The translations under genes and the position numbers were made by a program. Source: Bugula neritina (Eukaryota > Animalia > Bryozoa). From it: a stretch of 64,000 nt of DNA. Within the stretch, counting starts at the first letter, position 1, and the number at the start of each line of letters is the position of its first letter. Positions 52,800-64,000 of this stretch are shown here, in pieces. The DNA is taken from the NCBI GenBank assembly GCA_964035545.1, contig OZ037773.1:1641751-1705750 (forward strand), read 5' to 3'. The notes beneath the pieces are model-generated. The model was not told where the DNA came from. It searched no databases and saw only the letters and a list, made by a program, of their open reading frames with translations.

Positions 52800-53106
52800 C
52801 TCAATCTGTGATCCGCACAGAACAGAGTACCATGACCCACACCTTCGCAATAGTAAAACTTATAGTTTTACTAAAGCATATTTAAAAGGTGTGTAAACTC
52901 AAGCCAGAGTGCTCAAGTGACTCTAGGGGTCACATAGGAGTCACGAGCATTGCAAAATGCTAGCAGCTTGAGTTTGTGACCATGGTGAGAGTGCTCAATC
53001 ATTTAATGTCATTGCTGAGCATTAAATATATATATATATATATATATATAACTATTATAATAGTATATATACTGTCTATATACTACAATACTAATACTAA
53101 TAATAT

Positions 53107-53262
<156 letters not shown>

Positions 53263-53967
53263 TGTGCCGCGTAAGTGCATGTGTGTGGACACAAACACAC
53301 ACTTACGCGGCACACACACACAAACATATACAACATATAAATTATGAGCCAAATTTCATATATTATACGAAAAATTTTTCTAGAAGCAATTGATAAAATT
53401 ATAGATTGCAATTACATATGTCAATAACATTGCAAATTTATAAAACAATGCAAAGGTATTATTATGCTCTAACTAATTTATAACACTAAGCCATATCATA
53501 ATGCAAAATTTTATACTGGGCTAATAATGCTGGCAAATTTCCATTTAGTAAAACTCTCTGTAAAGAGATTTCTATTCTGCCGGCTGAAAACACCTATTTT
53601 TATGGCTCTATTATTTTTTACTAGATTAATCTTTAATCAATCAAGTTTACTGACACTAACTTATAAAATATTACACTAAATATGCTACTAATGTGTTGCA
53701 AGACAAACCTATTGTTACAGAACAGGAGAGAAAGAGTAGGCGATCTGGTATCTCCTGGAAGTGGTACAACCTTAGACTTCCAGTCCCTCTTACACATCTC
53801 AACTTTTTATAGTCTAAATAATTAGTTGTTCACACTTTTTGTGCATATGAAATGGAAGTTGGTAATACCATGCTGTGACCCACATTGCTTGGAGATTACC
53901 AGATGTAAAGGACACTAAAGACAATCTAATCATCTCCAGATTGCAGATTATATTCAGAGTCGGAGGG

Positions 53968-54035
53968 TATATAAGGGGAGGGTTGAGGAGAGATTTTCAT
54001 ATCATCTTCTAACAGCCCAGAAGAATAATATCAAA
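53968..54035 (+). promoter_or_regulatory. TATA box and non-coding first exon of TSR gene
   Basis: TATATAAG at 53968, Inr-like tcat about 30 bp downstream, donor aaa|gtaagt at 54035. Confidence 0.6.
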
Positions 54036-54314
54036 GTAAGTATTTGAGTTTACATAATATATAGTTTATTTTGTGTAGTGAACTGGTAGTATGAGTAAAG
54101 ACTTGTTAGTCTTTGAAGTGCCTAAATTGCATTGTAACTGCTGATAAGTTTTAAAGAGCACATTTCTACTAAAAAGTTTTTAGTCAATGTATATTTATTT
54201 ATTTATTTATTTTTCAAATGGGTAAAAAATTCTGTAAAATGACATGTGCTAATATAATGCATATACCTCTATTATTTGTAGCATGCTGTATAAACTGTGT
54301 TTGTGTTTTGTAGA

Positions 54315-57300
54315 ATGGCGTTCAGAGCTATTGTGCTTCTTTCTTTTGCTGCTCTCTTAGGTAAGTTTTATAAAGCTACTAATATATTGCTAAACAATTT
54401 CATGCTATTTTCAAACAGTGTTTCTTAAAAGTAACTTAAGTAAGCAAGCCTAGTTCTCATTGCTTGTTGCACAATTTTAATTAAACAAGAATTCTATACC
54501 AAGCTTTGGTTTGTTTGAATTTTAGGAGTAAGTCTGGCTTCTGGCTACGGAAAGCCACACAGAGACCATAATGGCAGCGGCAACGATGATGATGACACAA
54601 GCATTCCTGGACCACATATACCAGTACCTCATGGAAGACCTGGTAAGGTCATAATAACTAAAATTATTGACTAACAATGACTACACAATCATCAGGCTTA
54701 GAAACAAGTATTTTCTCCTGTCCTTTGCATCTGAACTATTTCATAGCTATTGTGATGATATGCATTGCTTTTTATTTAAAACTCAGTTTTGAGTATTTAG
54801 ATTCCATACTCTAATAGGCAAAACCTTTTTCTTACCAACCATAGAACAATTAAAACTATGTATTTTGTCTGAAAGTTGTTATGTCTCTTGATACTCATTG
54901 AGATATGCTTTTCAAAACTCTACTTCCGTAGAAGAAAATTACTTACGTTAAATAGACTGAATGTACAATACAAGGTATTACTGTTGCCAAAGAAACAGCT
55001 TTGACTCTTGCATGGATCACTACTCCATAGGTTTTAAGCTAGAAGGTAAATGGAGTTCCTGGAGCTCTTGGTCAAGATGCAGCAAGACCTGTGATGGTGG
55101 ATCCCAAAGTAGATCTAGAGTCTGCCAGAAACCAAAATACCTGAAATATGTTCACAACAATGTTGTTCCATTCAGATGTAGCGGATCTAGTTCAGAGACC
55201 AGAGCATGCAACACACAGGGCTGTCCAGGTAAAACTACTTTTTACATAAGCTAGCATTGCTGTTATTGTCACACAATACCACTTTTCTGTTGATAACAAG
55301 TTTAAATAATGTGCTTCAGTAACATAACCAATAGTTAATTGATAGACACAAAGCCTTGTAATGAGGATAGATAAGATTCACAGTCCTTAACATGAACCGT
55401 CTTTAATATTTTAACAATTTCTAAACTAGTTGATGGCATGTGGACACAATGGAGCCAATGGGCAACATGCTGTGGAGGTAAACAACAATCTAGAATGAGA
55501 ACCTGTACCAACCCATCTCCTTCCAATGGTGGTGCTGATTGTACTGGAGATGACAAGCAGAAAAGACCAGTTGGTGAGATTTTAGGATAAACACTATTTT
55601 AAAAATCCATCCTGTCTGGAAATAAATTATTCTAAAAATCCAATGTACTAACAAAGCGTGATGCACATTTTCTTGTTTTCTTTTATCAGTTGATGGCATG
55701 TGGACACAATGGAGCCAATGGGCAACCTGCTGTGGAGGTGAACAACAATCTAGAATGAGAACCTGTACCAACCCATCTCCTTCTAATGGTGGTGCTGATT
55801 GTGCTGGAGATGATAAGCAGAAAAGACCAGTTGGTGAGACTTTTGAGTAACTTTAAAACATTATCTTGTGGTTTTAAAATAAACCGCTGCGAGTATTACA
55901 TGATATCAAGTTTAGTTTTATCATTTTGGTTTTTAAACTTTTCCATAGTCAATGGTATGTGGAGCCAATGGAGCCAATGGGCAACATGTTGTGGAGGTGA
56001 ACAACAATCTAGAATGAGAACCTGTACCAACCCATCTCCTTCCAATGGTGGTGCTGATTGTGCTGGAGATGATAAGCAGAAAAGACCAGTTGGTGAGACT
56101 TTTAAGCAACTTTAAAACATTATTTTGTGGTTTTAAAATAAACCGCTGAAAGTATTACATAATATCAAGTTTAGTTTTAACATTTTGGTTTTTAAACTTT
56201 TCCATAGTCAATGGTATGTGGAGCCAATGGAGCCAATGGGCAACCTGCTGTGGAGGTGAACAACAATCTAGAATGAGAACCTGTACCAACCCATCTCCTT
56301 CCAATGGTGGTGCTGATTGTGCTGGAGATGATAAGCAGAAAAGACCAGTTGGCAGGGTTTCTAAGTTGACCTTACAAAATTTTTAATATTCCAAAATTAA
56401 CTTTTCTAATAATATTATATGATATTCAATTTCGTTTTAGTATCTTTATTTTCTAACTAGTCAAATTTTTATTTGTTTAGTTAATGGTATGTGGAGCCAA
56501 TGGAGCCAATGGGCAACATGCTGTGGAGGTAAACAACAATCTAGAATGAGAACCTGTACCAACCCATCTCCTTCTAATGGTGGTGCTGATTGTGTTGGAG
56601 ATGATAAGCAGAAAAGACCAGTTGGTAAGATTTTAGGATAAACACTATTTTAAAACTATCGAATCTAGAAATAAAATATTCCAAGAATTCAATGTGCTAG
56701 CAAAGCATGCTGTATATTTTCTTATTTTCTTTTAACAGTTGATGGCATGTGGAGCCAATGGAGCCAATGGGCAACATGCTGTGGAGGTAAACAACAATCT
56801 AGAATGAGAACCTGTACCAACCCATCTCCTTCCAACGGTGGTGCTGATTGTGCTGGAGATGACAAAGAAAAACGACCAATTGGTAAGTTAGATTCAAAAA
56901 ATAACCTATGCTAGCAATAAGTGTAGCACACAACCAGCTGTTCAGAACTCTATCTAAAAACTGCTGACCATGCTATATGCCACTCAAAGTTTGGTGAGCA
57001 TAAAGAATATGTTATTTGTTCAGTCTTTTTTTGTTACATCTAAGTACTTGCTTTTACAGCTAGAGGATGGTCAAGCTGGAGCCAATGGACAGACTGCTCA
57101 AAGTCTTGCAATGGCACCAGATCTAGAAGCAGAACTTGTTCCTACTCTCCCAAAGTTCATGGAAAACATTTTTGTCAAGGCAAGAGTCATGAGAGAGCTC
57201 TTTGTAACCGAAGCAAACACTGTAAGTAATGAAACCTTTAGATCAAGGTTCTTACACATTTCAATTATATTGACATATGTGGCAACTACAACCAACTAAA

Positions 57301-57412
57301 TGTAGATAGAAAACTAGCATCCTTATGAGTAGCCAGTCGTGGATATGGTTGCTTTAATAACCACATCTTCATGTTTTTAGGTGGAGGATATGGCTACGGA
57401 CACAAGTACTAA
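54315..57412 (+). CDS. Secreted thrombospondin type-1 repeat protein: signal peptide, His/Asp/Gly linker, TSR, 6 truncated TSR modules, [11 protein letters not shown] tail (~472 aa if all exons used)
   Basis: Exons 54315-54360, 54526-54642, 55031-55228, 55430-55573, 55690-55833, 55949-56092, 56208-56351 (GC donor), 56481-56624, 56739-56882, 57060-57221, 57381-57412, all introns phase 1. [25 protein letters not shown] and [30 protein letters not shown] at ~57513. Confidence 0.88.
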
Positions 57413-58933
57413 TCTTGAAGGCTCTAACCGAGGCAGATACTTGCCTTATATTCATACAAATTAATTGTGTGAACAATTTTTTTTAATTTGTATTTGTTAG
57501 TTAGTTGGTTGAAATAAATGCTATATTAAAGCAGCTTCACAATTTTCTTTTGATTGCACGCAGAATAACCATGTACACAAGCAACACAACAAAGTCATTC
57601 AATAGCTTTTCTTTACTTCACATGCCTTGATTCTAATTTTAGCCAGCATCCTAAAGGCTCAGGTGAAAATAACCGTTTTACGATTGCCTAAAACTATTTC
57701 AACACTCGGCAGTTGTTTTACATTCAAAACAGTTCAATATAATAAACATATTTCCAAAAAGTCAAGGTATGTATCACAAATTTTCATTTATCTACGACTG
57801 GTAGGCTGGAGGATAATCTTTTATCTAATTCTTGTCACTTTCACAAAGAACATTAAAGGCTGCTGGTCATAGATTTTTGTTTGAACGCAACTGAACCAAA
57901 ATGTGCTAATCACGACACATTTAAAATCAGTTGAGTAAGAATGTTTCAAGTACACAAGTTAATTTTTACTAAATACACGCGGTTTCATGTATAAAATTTT
58001 ACAAATTATACAAAATATTCTATAATAACATATAGTTTTAGATAGTAATATTATACACTAGCTGTGTCTATGTGTTGAATTTGTAATTTTTGTTCTCTTT
58101 TGTATATAAGCATTGTCGTGTTGTTTATTGTGTGCACTATGCATATTATAATGTGCAGTATGTAAGTGTAATGTAAGTATATAAACCATATACAATGCTG
58201 TAAAATGTTATGCTTGGTAAATCATGCTGCTTTAATGCAGTTAAAAACATTTGATGATTGCATTACATTATGAAATTCAAGACATGGACATTGGATTGTC
58301 TTTAAAAAATATTGATTTTTGACAGTTTTGTTCCAATTGTTGCACAAATTTATAATTTAAAAGATTTGATTTAGATTGACAAAATATTGATCCTAGGAAT
58401 TTATACATAACTGCAAAAAGTGTTTTAGTTGCAATGTTTTTTTGAGTTTGATAGTTAGAGTTAGATAGTTGTGTCTACTGATCTTTGCAAATCACAGCAA
58501 AAACTGGGAAGGATTGCGAGATATTTTTAACTTTTTATAGTTTGGTTTCATTATCCTTATATAACATTTTTATTGCTGTAGCTTGTTTTTCTCCATAGTC
58601 TTCTCAAGTAGATTAATTATATTATATACATATACCAAGTTGCAGTTTCCAATTTTTTTCGGAAAAATAACTCTCAAATTTGCTTCTCATAAGCATTTGC
58701 ATTTAGAGTCTCTACATAAAATAGAACCATAGAACCATGCATGTTAATTATAGCACCACGCCAAACCATAAACAACATTTGTCAAGCAAGGGCAACTCCT
58801 TCTTTCATTTGACAACAACTTATTCACACAAATATATATATTCACCTAAAAGATATATATTCACCCAAAATATATATATATTCACACAAATTTATTATTC
58901 ACCCAAAATATATATATTCTCACAAATATGTAT

Positions 58934-59840
<907 letters not shown>

Positions 59841-60353
59841 CATATATATTTGTCTGAATATTTGTCTGAATATTTGTCTGAATATTTGTCTGAATAGCTT
59901 ATCATATTATTTGCTAAACTTATACTCAACCGTATTTTTTATGAAAATTTTCTTCTCAAATGAACCCAAATTGTCATCACCAGCTTGCCCATGCTTATGA
60001 ATAAATAAAAACATTATATTGAAGAAAATGCACTATAAATTCACTTTTGTTGGGTACACAACTCTAAAGCTGTATTCCAGTATTCTACAGATCTCAACAC
60101 TAAAAAACATGTAAACTGTCATCTTTTCAACATGTTTATTTACTGACTGGTGTCCTGGATTTTCATACGTTGTTATTACAAACTGGCAAGATAGACATCT
60201 ATTACTTAGACAGGATATTGGTTGGTATATGTTATAGCTGGAAACACACACCCATAGCATGCTAACTGTTTGGTAAAATATGCATGCATTTGGTCTTTAA
60301 TATATCAACTGTGTTATCCAAGTACAATCTCAACATAGCTCTCAGCAAATGTA

Positions 60354-60490
60354 TCAACATAGACGTGATATGGGGTGTCAACATAGACGTGATATGGGGT
60401 GTCAACATAGACGTGATATGGGGTGTCAACATAGACGTCATGTGAGATGTCAACATAGAACTCGGATGAGGTGTCAACATAAGTATCAAC
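60354..60490. repeat. 24-bp minisatellite
   Basis: tcaacatagacgtgatatggggtg, 5-6 copies. Confidence 0.85.
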
Positions 60491-61294
60491 ATTGAAAGAA
60501 ATAATCAATAGTTACTATTTACTTACTACAATTGCTATCATTGTGTTTTTACAAAAGACATACCTTTTTGGAATTTGACAAACATTTTATGCAGCATTTC
60601 TCTTCATCTCTTTATCTGATGACAATGTATAGAGCTGTGTAGCTCATGGAGGCATAGGTGAAGCCTTAGGGAATAATTTAGAAGTATGTGCCTTTGCAGA
60701 GTGCATTTCAACAAGGTGATCTGAGGCTTTCACTCAAACTACACAACTACAGTTATTTCATGAATGATGCTGTTGGTGTCATACCAGGGAAGGCAGACTG
60801 AGTGAAGTTTGAAGATGGAATTAGTACTTGCAAAGTTGTGTGTCCTTTTTTGTACCTCATGAATATTAATACACTTTTAAATTGGTTAGAAATTGTGAAA
60901 CAGTGTGAAAATGCAAGCATACATAAAGTGAAATTACAATTTTTTTTATTGGACTATAATACAATAAATTTAATACATTCATTACAATAAGTGCAATACA
61001 TTTATAATGTATTTAATGCAATTATATCAGTTTAATACAATTAAAATATTTTTTAATTCAACCACAATATATTTATTGCGTGCAAAATAGTAGCTGTTAC
61101 ATGAATATACATTATTTTGTTTTTGATGCTTTGGGAAGGGTTTGCAGGTTAGATTTTTCTCAGTACACATTTTATTGCAAAGAGATTTTTCTCATGATGT
61201 AGCTTTTCCAACCAGTAAGACCCGAGTACCATATTCTACAGAAGGTTGTATATGGATGGTTGGTCTTGGGATAAGATATAGATATGGTCTAAAG

Positions 61295-61522
61295 TAGGGG
61301 TGGTCAACTGGTGGCTCCCAAGGCCCCCTGCGGCTCATGCATATTTTCAGTGACCCTTTTAATGCTTAAGATAAGTAAAAACTGTTATATTCATTCTGAT
61401 TAGCACAGTAAAAGTTTGGTGACAAATTGCCCCATTATAATACAATTTAATACGTACAATCATATGGCCCTTTGGTTGACTTCTTAACTTGGCCTTCAAG
61501 CAGAAAAAGTTGCCCACCCCTG
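61295..61522. mobile_element. hAT (Charlie-like) MITE
   Basis: TIRs taggggtggtcaact / agttgcccacccctg. 8-bp TSD gtctaaag/gtctaaaa. Confidence 0.8.
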
Positions 61523-62979
61523 GTCTAAAAATACACAACCCTGGTGCAACTTTTCTTATCTCTGGTGTAAATGATTTTCAATGTATTTAACAAATACTTA
61601 TTATACACACATTATTGAGTAAAACGTAACCTGGTGTAAATACAAATATATAAAATAATAAAGTGAAAGAGTTGTAAGCAATATAACCTGAGAAGCCAAT
61701 TGCTTAAGGTAAGTTTTTAGTAGGTACACGTCAACCAACAGTTTTATACGTAAATCTTCCAGTATTTTGCTAATCATACATCATCTATTGGAGAAAAACG
61801 CCTTTACTCTTTACTTTCAGTTTGTATATACAAACTTTTACTATAGAAACTAAAATCTGTAATAGCAATAGCGATGCTTATACAGATATAGTATAATATG
61901 CTAAATAAAAGCTGTGAATTTCTTCATGAAAAATTTACAGCTGCTATAGAATTTTTCTGCTGCTTGAACAAACTAACCAAATATTAGCCAAATTACATAT
62001 CAACACCCACATCTAATCAAAACTCACTGAAAAGATCAATTTTCACCAAGAATAATATATTATATCTGTTTATAGGCATGGCATGTAATTATGCAATAGA
62101 ATATGTCGTAACTAACCCAGACGTAAGCATGTCAACCCATGTTTACCTGTCAACTGATAAAATTTTTTATCTGTAATTGATGATTTAGGCACACGACTAA
62201 TCTCCCCGTGTAGGAAGTCCCAACATAAGCCCACTGACCACAAGGTTGTAAGCCCAAAAGTTAAATCCATAATATAATGGATGATTATACTTTCACCAAT
62301 AATCATTTAGTAATAAGTCATATTTTGTGAAGGTTGGTAGCAGATGCAGCCTAGTATGGTGACCCTAAGCTTCATAGCAATGTAATACACAATATGTTCA
62401 GTATTTTTAATTTGGAATCGTCATCATAATTGCTGGCAACTTGGAACTAGCTCAAAGTGTGTGTGATATTCTTATACCCATGACACATACAGTGAAAAAA
62501 GCTTCAGAAGTTGAATAAAACAGTTTGATACACGCCTCTACATGCTCAGAGCAACTATAAAACTACGTTCATTGATGCGGATGCAAGCATTGCAATAGAT
62601 ATACATGTATACATGCTCTCAGAAAAATTACGTCATCAGCTTTCTTCAATAACCTAGAAAATGTGTTTCTCACTCCATCTTCTACTTAGCCTTGGTTCTA
62701 ACGTACACATGCATAAACTAACTTCTTGCAAAGTTGAAAGAGCTTAAAATTCTTTATATTATTTAGTTTATATGTCTTTGCTTGAAATCTCAGCCCATAC
62801 TTCAAGGTACTATGCTACATATTATGATATATCACATTGCATTTTAATGCGCTATATTGCTTTCTAAGAGATACAGTGGAATTTATTTGTTGTTTGCAGT
62901 AGTTCTACTGACTGGCTGTAAATACATATGAGGCTGAATGCTGATTGTGTGTACTGGCGATTCAACATTATAGCATTGT

Positions 62980-63290
62980 ACAATACTGTGTATAATACCA
63001 CATATAATACTACATATAATACTACATATAATACTACAAAAATACTACATATAATATGGCATAGAATACTGCATACAACACTGTATAGAATACTCTTCAC
63101 AATACTGAATATAATACTCCATACAATAATAGACACTAGTACATACAATACTGCATACAATACTGCATTCAATAGTGCATACAATACTGAATAAAATACT
63201 GCATACAATACTGCATACAATAGTGCATACAATACTGCATACAATACTGCATACAATACTGCATACAATACTACATACAATAATGCATAC
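62980..63290. repeat. 12-bp minisatellite
   Basis: tacaatactgca units. Confidence 0.85.
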
Positions 63291-63555
63291 GTATGCAAAA
63301 ATCAACATCAAGTAAAATACGAGTCATTAGAGTGAAAAATGTGTGAAAGAGATGAATACAGGAAATTCCTTAGTTTCAATTGAACATCAACGTTTAGTAT
63401 TAGTAGAAAACTGAGGGCCAAAGTAACACTGAGCATACAGCTGTCTTTGTAAAAGGAAACTCTTAGCCACTATGAATAGATTCAAGTTTAAAATATTTAT
63501 AAAGTTTTCTATTCTGTCATGTTTTGCTTTGTAAAGTGGCTATATATGTACATAA

Positions 63556-63980
63556 AAGGTAAGTATACAAGGTAACTATGCAAGGTAAGTATACGAGGTA
63601 TGTCTACAAAGTGAGTATACAAGGTAAGTATACAAAGTAAATCTACAAGGTATGCATGTATACAAAGTAAGTATACAAAGTAAGTATACAAGGTAAGTAT
63701 ACAAAGTAAATCTACAAGGTATGCATGTATACAAAGTAAGTATACAAAGTAAGTATACAAGGTAAGTATACAAGGTAAGTATACAAGGTAAGTATACAAG
63801 GTAAGTATACAAGGTAAGTATACAAGGTAAGTATACAAGGTAAGTATACAAGGTAAGTATACAAGGTAAGTATACAAGGTAAGTATACAAGGTAAGTATA
63901 CAAGGTAAGTATACAAGGTAAGTATACGAGGTATGTATACAAAGTAAATCTACAAGGTAAGTATGCAAAGTAAGTATACA
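63556..63980 (+). repeat. 13-bp minisatellite containing consensus 5' splice site
   Basis: aaggtaagtatac units, about 30 copies including variants. Confidence 0.9.
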
Positions 63981-64000
63981 TGATAAGTAGGCCTCAAAAA

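Noticed and set aside
60560-60990. Possible minus-strand exon ending aag|gtatg
   Set aside because: All frames examined contain stops within short distance and no domain was recognised.
62864-63981. YAVL / YTYLVYLPCILTL repeat ORFs
   Set aside because: Translations of 12- and 13-bp minisatellites.

Overview
AT-rich, gene-dense eukaryotic (invertebrate animal) genomic DNA with short GT-AG introns. The species cannot be established from sequence alone. Eight spliced protein-coding genes were reconstructed by hand. (1) 3' half of an ACSS1-type acetyl-CoA synthetase (+). (2) A RING/B-box/B-box/coiled-coil (TRIM-like) gene with no C-terminal domain (+). (3) PUS10 (-). (4) A ZNF318-like matrin-type zinc-finger gene (+). 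(5) LYSET/TMEM251 (+). (6) A divergent ADAM10/Kuzbanian-like metalloprotease (+). (7) An uncharacterised ~263-aa gene (+). (8) A secreted thrombospondin type-1 repeat (TSR) protein carrying six near-identical, truncated 4-Cys TSR exons and Gly-Tyr/His-rich ends (+). Introns contain many intron-private minisatellites, several of which copy the splice site itself. The window also holds MITEs (hAT-, Tc1/mariner-, Harbinger- and Kolobok-like), three copies of a tRNA-derived SINE and an ~0.9 kb pure (CA)n. Most long ORFs in the supplied track are translations of microsatellites. The most novel candidates are the TSR exon-array protein and the splice-site-seeded minisatellites.
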